Positions 49,624 to 61,262 are shown, counted from the stretch's first letter. The stretch is 64,000 nucleotides of DNA from SAR202 cluster bacterium (GCA_009392005.1 VFHL01000001.1:184392-248391), one strand, 5' to 3'. A program made the numbers and translations. The notes: generated from the letters alone by a model not told the origin.

Positions 49624-50465
49624 TACAGGAAGAAGCCGATGAAATAATATATTAGTGGTAACGTGAATACGATCGAATCGAGTCTGTCCAACACGCCACC
49701 GTGACCGGGCAGGAATCTTCCTGCGTCGCTAATTCCAGCTCTGCGTTTCAGCATCGATTCAACTAAATCCCCGAGTTGTCCAGTTACTGAAATGGCTCCA
49801 CCTAAACCAACAATGAGCCAAATAGGGGCGTCTAGGGGTAACCAAAAATACAACAGGAATGAAGCTAAGGATGCGCTGATGATTCCAGCAATTGACCCTT
49901 CCCATGTTTTGTTAGGGCTGAGAGCGGGTGCTAAGGCGTGGCGTCCGAACTGTCTTCCTATTAGGAATGCGAACGTGTCTGTTGCGAATGTGACTAATAG
50001 GGCAAATAGTAACCAATCTCGGCCATTATCCAAATCACGTAGCAGGACAGCATGGCTTGTAAGAAAGCCAACGTACAGCACTCCAGCCACGGTTGTTGAC
50101 CAGGCATTAAGTGGATTGCTGGGTCTTTTGATGATAAATAGGATTAAAGGGAGGACTGTTGCGCTGGCGATGATCGCAGAGCCAGGAAGAACAGGTATGC
50201 CAATCCCAATCAAGATTTCTTCTAGGGCTGCACTAGCGTTACAAATTATGAGGATGCTTAATAGTATGCCGAGCCAGTGAAGGGGGCGAGCACCGCTTGC
50301 CTTGTCCGCTAGTTGGTAAAATTCCCAACTGGCGACAGCTGTAGCAGCGATCACTACTGCCAAAAACCACAGTCCCCCCATCCAGATTGTGAAGAGGAGG
50401 ATCGGAAGGCCTATTAAGGCCGTGATAATTCGTTGCGTCATTACTGAGGACACGTGAATTCCCAT
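49623..50465 (-). CDS. cdsA: Phosphatidate cytidylyltransferase
   Basis: SPNKTWEG, GDLVES.LKR, PGHGGVLDRLDS. Confidence 0.95.
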   Translation of the reverse strand: MGIHVSSVMTQRIITALIGLPILLFTIWMGGLWFLAVVIAATAVASWEFYQLADKASGARPLHWLGILLSILIICNASAALEEILIGIGIPVLPGSAIIASATVLPLILFIIKRPSNPLNAWSTTVAGVLYVGFLTSHAVLLRDLDNGRDWLLFALLVTFATDTFAFLIGRQFGRHALAPALSPNKTWEGSIAGIISASLASFLLYFWLPLDAPIWLIVGLGGAISVTGQLGDLVESMLKRRAGISDAGRFLPGHGGVLDRLDSIVFTLPLIYYFIGFFL

Positions 50466-50471
50466 CCGCTC

Positions 50472-51209
50472 CTAAAAGTCTGAAATATCGTGTTCTATTT
50501 TACCGAAACTTCGATGTCTTTGCTTGTATTCATTCAACGCTTTTTGGACCTCATTCTTATTGAAATCAGGCCAAAGAGTTTCGGTGGCGTAATACTCGCT
50601 ATAGGCAGATTGCCAAATAAGAAAATTGCTTAATCTCATTTCGCCTGCTGTACGGATAATTAAATCAGGTTCTGGTATTTGTGAGGTGTAAAGGAATTTT
50701 TCTAATGTGGTTTCGTCAATATTTTCTGCGTCCTGTCCATCATTGACGATCTTGCGTATAGCTTCAATTATTTCTGAACGCCCGCCATAATCGAATGCCA
50801 GGACAAGGGTAAGTCCATTGTTGCGTTCGGTCATTTTGATGATGTTTTCTATTTTGCGTCGTAAGATTCGCGATATTCTGTCAAGGCGTCCGATATGAAG
50901 AAGTCGTACATCATCACGATGTAGCGCTTCAGCTTGTTTATCCACTGCGGCACTTAAAATAGAAAGTAGGCTGGTAATTTCTTGGCGTGGTCGGTGCCAA
51001 TTTTCGGTTGAAAACGCGTATAAGGTTAGATAATCAACGCCCTTTTCGCGAAATGCTTGAGCGACCTCACGAATGTTTTCAGCTCCCGCTTCATGTCCCT
51101 TCGCACGATGTTGACCTTTGTGTTTGGCCCAGCGGCCGTTGCCATCCATGATGACGGCTACGTGCTTTGGTATATCGCTAGGTGGAGAATTTGTGGCGTG
51201 ATTAGACAG
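50472..51209 (-). CDS. uppS: Polyprenyl (undecaprenyl) diphosphate synthase; probable CTG start
   Basis: HVAVIMDGNGRWA, FSTENW, RLSNFLIWQ; GGAGGT-5 nt-CTG just after the frr stop. Confidence 0.95.
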   Translation of the reverse strand: MSNHATNSPPSDIPKHVAVIMDGNGRWAKHKGQHRAKGHEAGAENIREVAQAFREKGVDYLTLYAFSTENWHRPRQEITSLLSILSAAVDKQAEALHRDDVRLLHIGRLDRISRILRRKIENIIKMTERNNGLTLVLAFDYGGRSEIIEAIRKIVNDGQDAENIDETTLEKFLYTSQIPEPDLIIRTAGEMRLSNFLIWQSAYSEYYATETLWPDFNKNEVQKALNEYKQRHRSFGKIEHDISDF

Positions 51210-51210
51210 G

Positions 51211-51774
51211 TTATACCTCCAAAACCTCAGCTTCCTTCGCTTTGCCAATTGTTTCGGCCTTGGCAATCATTTGATCAGTCAATTTCTGTAAGCTCTCTTG
51301 TATTCGTCTTTCATCGTCTTGGGAAATTTCTTTGTCTTTGGTAAGTTTTTTGATTTGGTCAATAATATCTCTACGTACATTACGAATCGCTACTTTATCA
51401 TTCTCGATGAATTTGTTGATTTGTTTCGCCATTTCCTTTCGACGATCCTCATTCAGAGCTGGGATCGCGAGACGTATAACTGCGCCATCGCTCGCGGGAT
51501 TTAATCCGAGATCCGCTTTCAAGATACTTTTTTCAATTGGTTCAAATGCGCCCTTATCCCATGGTTGAATGATGATCATACGTGCTTCGGGCACCGTGAT
51601 TGATGCTATTTGGTTGAGTGGCATTGAAGATCCGTAGTAGTCAACAGAGATATTTTCAACAAGAGCTGTGCTAGCGCGTCCCGTACTTATTGTAGTTAGT
51701 TCACGCTGGAGATTTTCAATGGCTCCATTCATTCGCCTCTGTCCATCTGCTTGCACGTCATCAACCTTTGCCAT
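51211..51774 (-). CDS. frr: Ribosome recycling factor
   Basis: TGRAS, YYG...LNQ, LGLNP, RNVRRD. Confidence 0.97.
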   Translation of the reverse strand: MAKVDDVQADGQRRMNGAIENLQRELTTISTGRASTALVENISVDYYGSSMPLNQIASITVPEARMIIIQPWDKGAFEPIEKSILKADLGLNPASDGAVIRLAIPALNEDRRKEMAKQINKFIENDKVAIRNVRRDIIDQIKKLTKDKEISQDDERRIQESLQKLTDQMIAKAETIGKAKEAEVLEV

Positions 51775-53053
<1,279 letters not shown>

Positions 53054-53445
53054 CTATATCTTTCCCCTCTCGTGACAATTATCTATATTTTTCTGTCTTC
53101 TCTTGTTGTTTGGTCAACCTCATTTAGCTGATATACAATGTGGCAATATTATGCTCTCTCTGTCAATCATTAATGCAATTGACGTCGAGCGATCTTTTCT
53201 AATAAAGATTTCGATGCTTTTAGTTTCGCTTGGCATTCTATAATCAATGGGTATTATATTTCCACAGTTTAAACGTGTAACACATTTCATGTTAATTGAT
53301 ACACATCGGTAACCAAAGATTCTATTTCCCTGATCCAAGCACCTTTTTTTTGAAGGTTACTATATGTCTAGTTCGGGTGTGTTTTTACCGGGGGTAAATT
53401 CAGTTGTTTTTTGACACAAAAGGTACTGCAACAGCGATTTCTAGC

Positions 53446-54492
53446 CTAGGCTGTTGGCACGGCATTTTCTGTGACCGGCTCTTCGACTTGATCACTTCCT
53501 TCTGATTGGGAATTGCTTCCGGTCAAAGCGGCGGTTGCGATGTATCCAGTAATCAGGCGTACTGATCTTATTGCGTCATCATTTCCTGGAATTGGATAAT
53601 CAATTAAATCCACGTTGCAATCAGTGTCTGCTATCGCAACAATTGGAATTCCAACCTTACGAGCCTCATCTACTGCTATTCTTTCCTTAACGGGGTCGAC
53701 GACGAAAATGGCTCCTGGCACTGTTTTCATTTCTCGAATACCACCAAAAAATTTGTTCAGCTTTTTGATCCGGTCTTCAAGTTTAAGCCCTTCTTTCTTA
53801 GCGAGGTTTTCGAAGACGCCTTGCTCTTTTTGTTCTTCGAGGCTGGTCAAGTAGTCGATTCGGCTGCGCAAAGTGCGAAAATTGGTTAGGGTCCCTCCCA
53901 ACCACCTTTGATTGATATACAACATGTCACTTCTAATTGCTTCGCTCGCGATGGTTTCTTGAGCTTGTTTTTTTGTTCCCACAAACAGAATTTTTTTCCC
54001 TGATGCGGCTGTTCCTTCAATAAAACGGCCAGCATCCTCAAGCATTTGTAATGTTTGTTGTAGATCGAGGATATGGATGCCATTGCGCTCTGTGAATATA
54101 TACTGACGCATTCTTGGGTGCCATCTTCTCGTCTGATGACCAAAGTGAACGCCGGCTTCAAGAAGTGATTTCATTGTTACCGGTTCCGGTTCCATGCTTT
54201 CCTGCGTCATTTGATCTGCAGGATCTTTGGTTTCTTTAACTGGTGATTCTTGTGCTACTTGGTTTGAAACGTTAGGGACCGGAGGCTCAGTACCGTTGGT
54301 AACGCCCGCGCTTTCCGCTGCCGTAGGCTCTTGATCGGTAACCTCTGATGGGTTTGGTGTTACAGTCTCGTCAGCTATTTCTTTCACTGAATCTGAATCG
54401 TTTAAAGCTGCTGTCGCAACTTCATTTTCAGCATCATTTTTTTGGTCCAAATTTTCTTCTGAATTTGAATCTTGTATGTTCGTATCCGCCAT
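53446..54492 (-). CDS. rpsB: 30S ribosomal protein S2 with long acidic N-terminal extension
   Basis: [31 protein letters not shown]; strong SD GAGGAGG at the upstream ATG 54492. Confidence 0.96.
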   Translation of the reverse strand: MADTNIQDSNSEENLDQKNDAENEVATAALNDSDSVKEIADETVTPNPSEVTDQEPTAAESAGVTNGTEPPVPNVSNQVAQESPVKETKDPADQMTQESMEPEPVTMKSLLEAGVHFGHQTRRWHPRMRQYIFTERNGIHILDLQQTLQMLEDAGRFIEGTAASGKKILFVGTKKQAQETIASEAIRSDMLYINQRWLGGTLTNFRTLRSRIDYLTSLEEQKEQGVFENLAKKEGLKLEDRIKKLNKFFGGIREMKTVPGAIFVVDPVKERIAVDEARKVGIPIVAIADTDCNVDLIDYPIPGNDDAIRSVRLITGYIATAALTGSNSQSEGSDQVEEPVTENAVPTA

Positions 54493-54788
54493 AAACTATA
54501 TCGCTCCTCCTCAAGCAGGTTGGTGTATCATACTACAGAAGCTTATATAGCGTTATAGAATGGAGCATTCGAACTGAAAGATTTTGAAGTTGGCACTGCT
54601 TAGTCTCTTTAATTGTTGATGGATTCTAGATTTAGAATTGTTGACGCTAATTAAACGTAAAAATAGTCCTATAAGCTTTGATTCTGCCCGATCATTTGAG
54701 TAGTCATGATTTCAGTCTAAAGGTTTTTTGGTAATATGCGGTACCGAGATTGCGATTTGCGTGGATATTCTCATAGGAGATTGAGAAA

Positions 54789-56030
54789 TTGACGCAAGAT
54801 ATTAGCTTCCTCACATTATCCTTTTTACTGCTGTTAGTTGCTGGGTCGGCGTTTTTTGCTAGTTCGGAAACGGCATTTCTTTCGTTTCAAAAAATTCGCC
54901 TTCAGCAGCTTGTCGGTTCAGGATCAAAAAGCGCTCGTTTGGTCGAAAAGCTGCTTGAGCGCCCAGCTCGGTTGCTTTCAACCATTTTGCTGGGTAATAA
55001 TTTGGTTAACATTGCTTTTGCATCTGTGATGACCGTTTTGATTGAGAGATTAGTAGGGCCTCAGTGGTCTGTAGTTGTGGCCACGTCTATTGTCACAATT
55101 ATATTGCTTGTTCTTGGAGAAATTACTCCTAAGACAATTGCGCTTCGCCATGGTGAGCGCCTCGCTATGTTATTTGTTTATCCGATGCGTGTTTTTGTTT
55201 TTGTGTTTACCCCAATCACTTTCTTGTTAGGACTCTTGACCTTGCGCTCAGATAGCGCTCGTCGGCAGGTGGTGGGTGAAGATGAAATACGTATTTTAGT
55301 AACGAGTGGTGTTGCCGAAGGTGTTATTGAAGAAGAGGAAGCGGAGCTTGTTGATCGGATCTTTAGTTTTGGAGATCGACAACTTCTAGAATTGTTAACT
55401 CCACGTCGGGAAATTGTTTGGATTGAAGAGGGAACGACATTCTCTGAATTTCTTTCGCTTTATCTTTCTAATTCTCACACGAGATTCCCTGTCTATCGAG
55501 ATGATACGGATAATGTAGTTGGCATATTGGCTGTGAAAGATGTGCTGAGAGCCCGGGCGGCAAACGAAATTAGTGAGGTGAGTGTAATAACGAATCTTAT
55601 GAGAGAACCGGTATTCGTTCCAGAGACTAAGGATGCCTGGGAGTTGTTTCGTGAGATGGGCGAGTCAAGAATCCAAATCGCGATGGGTGTTGATGAGTAC
55701 GGTACGATAACGGGTCTGGTTACCCTGAAGGCTTTGATCGGCAATATCGTTGGATCAGTTGATGACGAAGCGGATTTGCGAGAACCTGTGACCGCTGTCG
55801 GGGAGAAGGCATTTCAGGTAGATGGAATCATGGGTGTTGATGATGCGAATGAGACACTAAGTTTGAATATTCCTGACGGAGAATACAATACAGTCGCTGG
55901 GTATCTATTGAACGAAATTGGCCGCATACCTGCTGAAGGAGAATTAGTGACGTTGAATGATCTTTCCATTCTCGTTGCGAAAATGCAAGGTACAAAGATA
56001 GAGAAATTAGTTGTTGAGCGACGATCGTAA
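54789..56030 (+). CDS. CNNM/HlyC-CorC family transporter (DUF21 + CBS + CorC)
   Basis: FFASSETA, LLGNNLVN, GEITPK, HTRFPVY, DEYG, YNTVAG. Confidence 0.93.
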   Translation: MTQDISFLTLSFLLLLVAGSAFFASSETAFLSFQKIRLQQLVGSGSKSARLVEKLLERPARLLSTILLGNNLVNIAFASVMTVLIERLVGPQWSVVVATSIVTIILLVLGEITPKTIALRHGERLAMLFVYPMRVFVFVFTPITFLLGLLTLRSDSARRQVVGEDEIRILVTSGVAEGVIEEEEAELVDRIFSFGDRQLLELLTPRREIVWIEEGTTFSEFLSLYLSNSHTRFPVYRDDTDNVVGILAVKDVLRARAANEISEVSVITNLMREPVFVPETKDAWELFREMGESRIQIAMGVDEYGTITGLVTLKALIGNIVGSVDDEADLREPVTAVGEKAFQVDGIMGVDDANETLSLNIPDGEYNTVAGYLLNEIGRIPAEGELVTLNDLSILVAKMQGTKIEKLVVERRS

Positions 56031-56175
56031 TTGGTGTTGATTGTTTAGTACGGGAGAGTTGTAGGCATCTGAATTATTATAATCCTGTCGTATTGTGAAA
56101 CGCTGTCATTGATAAGTGTCATGCGGTCTTGAGATCTGTGATAGTCGGTGTTTTAACTCAAAAAGGTGGCTGGTA

Positions 56176-57600
56176 ATGAAGTCTGAGTTAAATGAATATA
56201 GCTCCGTTGAAATGATCGTTGCTAATTTTCTACGCCGCCATCATCTCGATAATTCACATTTGGTTGTTGCTGTTTCTGGTGGTCCGGATTCTATTGCATT
56301 ACTGCTTGTTTTGGAACGACTTCGTGAACTCTTAGGACTTTCTTTACATGTCGCGCACCTGGATCACGGTCTCCGTCCGATGAGTGATGCGGATGCCAGA
56401 TATGTGAGGGGCGTTGCTAAACGACTGGGCTTGAAGGTTACCATTGGGCACGAGGATGTAAAAAAATATCGCGACAAATCGAAATTATCTTTAGAAGAAG
56501 CCGCGCGGGAAGTGCGATATCGGTTTCTTGGGAACGTTTGCGGCAACGAGGATGCAGCTGCGGTTCTCACTGCTCATACGGTTGATGACCAGGCGGAGAC
56601 AGTGCTTCTCCACCTAATGAGAGGGACGGGCATGGCTGGGTTGAGCGGTATCCAACCAGTTACTGCATTCACTCAAAAAAACGACTCGAGATTTTCGGTT
56701 GTCAGGCCATTTTTGAACATTTCAAAACAAGAAGCTGTTGAGTATTGTAAAGTTCGGCGTTTTCGGCCGAAAATTGACGAATCAAATGGGGATTTGTCTT
56801 ATCTTCGCAATAGAATTCGGTTAGATTTCTTGCCACGTATGGAAAAAGCTCGCTCAGGAGCAAAAAACGCGGTTGTCGATTTAGCGAGCATAGCGCATCA
56901 AACGAAGGATTACGTAGATTCTGGGGCAGAGAATGTTCTATCCAATAACGTAACAGAGCGGGATGGAGCATTTTTTATGAATGTCCCCGGATTAAAAGTT
57001 TCCCACTCCGTATTGAGGGCAAGTGTTTTTCAAACGTTGGCTAAACGCCTTGTTGGAGATCCGGCTCCGCTAGCTTCGTCTCATATTCGGTTGATGGAAG
57101 AGCATTTGTTTAAACCCCCTGGCAGTGAGATCAATTTGCCGCGTGGGTTAGTGTTGACGATGTTGTATGGTGAGATCGTTTTGAGTGTTGGTATTCCACC
57201 GTGCCCATTACCTTTTCTTGAACCTGGGCAACTCGAAATCCCAGGCCAGAATGATTTTGGAGAGTGGGTAATTTCAGGGCGGATTGTTAACGGTGGGGGC
57301 ATTTTACGAGCATATCATGGGGGAGTTTCGGGTACGGAACTTGATATATATCTTCCGCGACCACTAACTGGGATCGTGACCAATGAGCAAATCTCTGGGG
57401 GGCTTTATGTGAGATCTCGTCGCCCTGGGGATCGAATTCAACTTTACACGCATTCTCGCAAGGTGCAAGATATGTTTGTTGATGCGAAAATTCCACGAGG
57501 CTGGCGGGATCAAGTGCCTATAGTTTGCAGAGAAGATACTGGTGATCTTGTATGGGTTGTAGGGCTTCACAATCCTAAGCCGTTCGTGTCAGAAATATAA
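56176..57600 (+). CDS. tilS: tRNA(Ile)-lysidine synthetase
   Basis: AVSGGPDS PP-loop, HLDHGLR, EEAAREVRY, AHTVDDQAET, RNRIR. Confidence 0.95.
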   Translation: MKSELNEYSSVEMIVANFLRRHHLDNSHLVVAVSGGPDSIALLLVLERLRELLGLSLHVAHLDHGLRPMSDADARYVRGVAKRLGLKVTIGHEDVKKYRDKSKLSLEEAAREVRYRFLGNVCGNEDAAAVLTAHTVDDQAETVLLHLMRGTGMAGLSGIQPVTAFTQKNDSRFSVVRPFLNISKQEAVEYCKVRRFRPKIDESNGDLSYLRNRIRLDFLPRMEKARSGAKNAVVDLASIAHQTKDYVDSGAENVLSNNVTERDGAFFMNVPGLKVSHSVLRASVFQTLAKRLVGDPAPLASSHIRLMEEHLFKPPGSEINLPRGLVLTMLYGEIVLSVGIPPCPLPFLEPGQLEIPGQNDFGEWVISGRIVNGGGILRAYHGGVSGTELDIYLPRPLTGIVTNEQISGGLYVRSRRPGDRIQLYTHSRKVQDMFVDAKIPRGWRDQVPIVCREDTGDLVWVVGLHNPKPFVSEI

Positions 57601-57620
57601 GAATTTGAGGTAAGAAAGCT

Positions 57621-58352
57621 TTGAGCACCAGTGTCGATATCATTATTCCTGTATACAATGAAGAACTATCTTTGCCTACATGTCTCAAAACATTGATACC
57701 TTTTTGCCAAGAAAACCTTTCAAATTACTCTTGGAGGGTTGTAATAGCGGATAATGGATCTGTTGACCAAACATGGCATGTGGCTCAAAGATTATCGGAA
57801 GATTTGTACACCGATCGAGTGGTTGGCGTTCACCTAGATCAAAAAGGTCGGGGTCGTGCGTTACGGAAAACCTGGCTAGAGAGTGAAGCAGATATTGTAT
57901 GCTACATGGACGTTGATCTCTCTACCGATCTGTCTGCCCTGCCGTTGTTACTAAATTCAATAGCAGAAGGTGGGTTCGACGTCGCTACAGGTTCTCGTTT
58001 ACAGAGGGAGTCACAAACCCAAAGATCATTCAAACGTGAGTTTATTAGCCGTTCGTATAACCTGTTGATAAAGCTAATGTTCCAAACTCGTTTTTCCGAT
58101 GCGCAGTGCGGATTCAAGGCTGCTTCACGAGAAGCTGTACAGCAATTAGTGCCTGATATTGAGGATAATAACTGGTTTTTTGATTCCGAACTTTTGATAT
58201 TAGCTGAAAAGAAGGGATATCGAGTTGCAGATATCCCGGTCAAATGGGAAGAAGATTTAGATACCCGTGTGAAAGTGATTAGTACAGCTGTCGAAGATAT
58301 CAGGGGCCTTTTGCGCTTGAAATTCACCTCCACCAAAAAAGATACATTGTAG
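57621..58352 (+). CDS. GT2 glycosyltransferase (polyprenyl-phosphate glycosyltransferase-like)
   Basis: IIIPVYNEE, ADNGS.D, GRGRALR, YMDVD, DAQCGFKA, WFFDSE. Confidence 0.9.
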   Translation: MSTSVDIIIPVYNEELSLPTCLKTLIPFCQENLSNYSWRVVIADNGSVDQTWHVAQRLSEDLYTDRVVGVHLDQKGRGRALRKTWLESEADIVCYMDVDLSTDLSALPLLLNSIAEGGFDVATGSRLQRESQTQRSFKREFISRSYNLLIKLMFQTRFSDAQCGFKAASREAVQQLVPDIEDNNWFFDSELLILAEKKGYRVADIPVKWEEDLDTRVKVISTAVEDIRGLLRLKFTSTKKDTL

Positions 58353-58407
58353 TTAACAAGCAAGAGCTGCTTTGTGTGGCCCTAAGTGCTCTGCCTTTGT
58401 ATTTGTT

Positions 58408-58755
58408 TTAGCCACCAGCGCCCAGTTTTTTTCCTCCTAAAATGTGCATGTGGAGATGGGCGATGGTCATGCCAGCATCCGGACCATTGTTGATTAGTAT
58501 CCGGTACCCACTACTAGTGATTCCAAACTTTTCCGCTGCTTCACTTGCCTGGGACGCCATATGGCTTATGAGCAGGATGTTTGTCGAGTTCATTTCAGAT
58601 AAACGAGGGATGTGTTTTTTAGAAATCACAAGAAGATGGATAGGCGCTTGAGGCTCGATGTCTCTGATGACGAAGCAATGCTCATTCTCAAATATTTTGT
58701 CCGTCGAGATTTCATTATTGCTAAATTGGCAGAAAAGGCACTCGGAGTTTGTCAA
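58408..58755 (-). CDS. HIT family nucleotide hydrolase (HinT-like)
   Basis: CLFC, DIEPQAP.HLL, HLHMH. Confidence 0.93.
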   Translation of the reverse strand: MTNSECLFCQFSNNEISTDKIFENEHCFVIRDIEPQAPIHLLVISKKHIPRLSEMNSTNILLISHMASQASEAAEKFGITSSGYRILINNGPDAGMTIAHLHMHILGGKKLGAGG

Positions 58756-58955
58756 GATTAATCCTTCCTACAATTCTTATAGTGGTATCAGACCTATTCA
58801 TTATACGGGTTGTTTCCAAACGAATTGGTGTCATAAAGGCTAGGGGATTTATTGCAAGATGCTTTTGGTTTCTATTTAACCACGAGCCGTAGTTTGTATT
58901 TGGCTTCTTAACTGTGAAGCGCTAATATTAACTCCCCCTTATTTCAAGTGTCGTG

Positions 58956-58985
58956 TTGACATAGAGAATGATCCGCGTCTAGAAT
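58956..58985 (+). promoter_or_regulatory. Promoter of the K+ uptake operon
   Basis: TTGACA-18 nt-TAGAAT. Confidence 0.6.
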
Positions 58986-59043
58986 ACGCGGCTGCTATCG
59001 TAAATTGTAATGGCGGTCGATCCATAAATTAAAGGAGTTAACG

Positions 59044-60465
59044 GTGCAAGATCAGAGGCGCCGGCGGTTGGGGGATCGAATTCTCCGACGGCAATCTCGG
59101 GGTGAGACTGTTCAGTTTCACGTTGAACCAGATAAGGTTCGCAGGGTACCTCCTTCACCAGCACTTCTTTTGATATATGGATTTCTTCTCCTCATTCTCA
59201 TTGGAACGATTCTGCTTTGTTTGCCAATTGCGTCACGTAATGGACAGTTCACATCTATCATCACTGCTTTGTTTACAGCAACTTCTGCAGTTTGTGTTAC
59301 TGGTTTAGTTGTTGTGAACACAGGTGAATATTGGAGTTACTTCGGTCAAACCGTAATTCTTGTTCTTATCCAACTTGGAGGCCTAGGGTTTATGACTGGT
59401 GCTACTGTCCTTTTTGTATTAGCTGGCCGTCGTATAACTTTGCAAGAGCGAATGTTGTTGCGTACGTCTGTTGGAGGAGGGTCGTTAGGTGGTATTGATA
59501 AGTTAGCCTTACGTATTGTCGGACTAGCTTTGCTTTTGGAAGGGATTGGGATTTTAATTGTTTTCCCACGGATGCTTACATATTTTGATCCTCTAACTGC
59601 ATTTTGGCAGTCACTGTTTTTAACTGTATCCGCATTTAACAATGCTGGTTTTGATATTACGACGACAGGGACAAGTCTTGTGCCATACAGTCAGGATCCA
59701 GTTATTCTTTTATCAGTGTGCGTTTTGGTATTTCTTGGTGCGATTAGTTATGCAGTAATGCGCGATATAACGACAATTCGAAGATTTCGCGGTTTTACGC
59801 TTGACACTAAATTGGTGATTGTTACCACTTTGAGTTTCGTTGTTATTGGTACAGTAGTTATTCTGTTCAGTGAATTCACGAATGTTGGTGGAATGGGTGG
59901 AATAGGCATAGGTGATCGCTTCGCAGGATCTTTTTTCTTATCAGTTGCATCAAGGACAGCTGGCTTCACGATCGTAGATATTGGCGCAATGCAAGATTAC
60001 ACATTGTTCTTCTTAATGGTATTAATGCTCGTAGGGGGAGCCTCTGGTTCAACGGCTGGGGGCATCAAGTTGAACACCTTCGCGGTCCTTGGGGCGTCTA
60101 TCATCGCAGTGTTGCGTGGTCGTGATAAAACCGAGGTTTTTGGCCGTGAGATTCCAGATGATCAGGTTCGCCGTGCGCTTACAATTGGGGCGCTCGCAAT
60201 TATTTGGATTCACATTACAATTATTGTCTTAGCGGCTTGGGAAGACTTTACTTTGACGGAGGTTTTTTTCGAGGCAGTAAGCGCGTTTTCTACGAATGGC
60301 TTATCAACTGGAATAACAGGTGATTTGAGCTCTGTCAGCAAACTTTTCTTGATACTTACAATGTTTGTTGGGCGATTAGGCCCAATGACTATCGTTTTCG
60401 CGCTTGTTCAGCGGCATAATCCAGCGAGATATCGAAGAGCTCAAGAGAGCGTTAGAATAGGGTAG
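59044..60465 (+). CDS. Trk/Ktr potassium uptake membrane subunit (TrkH/KtrB)
   Basis: Four pore-loop Gly motifs VTGL, NAGF, RTAGF, TNGLS; GSTAGGIK, GRLGP. Confidence 0.94.
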   Translation: MQDQRRRRLGDRILRRQSRGETVQFHVEPDKVRRVPPSPALLLIYGFLLLILIGTILLCLPIASRNGQFTSIITALFTATSAVCVTGLVVVNTGEYWSYFGQTVILVLIQLGGLGFMTGATVLFVLAGRRITLQERMLLRTSVGGGSLGGIDKLALRIVGLALLLEGIGILIVFPRMLTYFDPLTAFWQSLFLTVSAFNNAGFDITTTGTSLVPYSQDPVILLSVCVLVFLGAISYAVMRDITTIRRFRGFTLDTKLVIVTTLSFVVIGTVVILFSEFTNVGGMGGIGIGDRFAGSFFLSVASRTAGFTIVDIGAMQDYTLFFLMVLMLVGGASGSTAGGIKLNTFAVLGASIIAVLRGRDKTEVFGREIPDDQVRRALTIGALAIIWIHITIIVLAAWEDFTLTEVFFEAVSAFSTNGLSTGITGDLSSVSKLFLILTMFVGRLGPMTIVFALVQRHNPARYRRAQESVRIG

Positions 60466-60491
60466 CAAATTGTATGTGAAGGGTATGTAAA

Positions 60492-61172
60492 ATGCGAAAG
60501 CAAGTTGTGGTTTTTGGTTTAGGGCGTTTCGGTAAGAGTATCGCTCGTACTTCAACTAAAATTGGTCATGAAGTTCTCGCTATTGATAGAGAAGAGAAGG
60601 AAATTCAAGATATTTCGGAGTTCGTAACTGATGCGGCGCAAGCTGATGGAACGGACGAGCAAGCTTTACGAGAATTAGGCGTTGGAGACTTTGATATCGC
60701 GGTTGTCGCTGTTGGCCGAGATATGTCATCCAGCTTATTGACTACTGTTTTATTGAAGAATTTGGGAGTTCCACATGTGATTGCACGGGCAACAGATGAG
60801 TTGCATGGAGCGACTTTAAAGAAGGTTGGTGCAGACCGCGTGATTTTCCCCGAACAAGATACAGGGGAAAATATTGCACACAGTCTCGCGGCCTCATATG
60901 TAGAAGATTATATTGGACTCGCTACGGATTATGGGATTGGAAAAGTCGTTGCGTTGGAGGAGTTTGTGTCGCATACCCTGGAGGAAATAGGTCTTACTGG
61001 TAATAGTACTGGTAATAGTACTGATAATCTTCGTGTTTTGATGATTCATCGCGGCAATAATGATGTGATTGTCGCTCCCGATCGCTTTGAAAGAATCAAA
61101 GAGGGGGATATTTTGGTACTTTCAGGTCATGATGATGATTTAGAGCGACTGACATCGTCTGACCGTACGTAG
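60492..61172 (+). CDS. Trk/Ktr RCK regulatory subunit (TrkA/KtrA)
   Basis: GLGRFG, GADRVIFPE, C-terminal TrkA_C. Confidence 0.94.
   Translation: MRKQVVVFGLGRFGKSIARTSTKIGHEVLAIDREEKEIQDISEFVTDAAQADGTDEQALRELGVGDFDIAVVAVGRDMSSSLLTTVLLKNLGVPHVIARATDELHGATLKKVGADRVIFPEQDTGENIAHSLAASYVEDYIGLATDYGIGKVVALEEFVSHTLEEIGLTGNSTGNSTDNLRVLMIHRGNNDVIVAPDRFERIKEGDILVLSGHDDDLERLTSSDRT
60996..61028 (+). repeat. In-frame 12-bp tandem repeat (about 2.75 copies)
   Basis: ACTGGTAATAGT ACTGGTAATAGT ACTGATAAT, encoding TGNSTGNSTDN. Confidence 0.85.
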
Positions 61173-61222
61173 TTTTTCAGGGATTCAATTCGTCATTTTG
61201 GTAAATAATTTGGAAATAAATG

Positions 61223-61262
61223 AAAACGCCGGTGTGCTCATACGATCACACCGGCGTTTTTT
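61223..61262. terminator. Intrinsic terminator, probably bidirectional
   Basis: AAAACGCCGGTGTG-loop-CACACCGGCGTTTTTT between convergent genes. Confidence 0.9.

Noticed and set aside
58756..59043. c-di-AMP (ydaO) riboswitch before the K+ transporter
   Set aside because: Consensus elements are absent and the predicted leader is only about 50 nt
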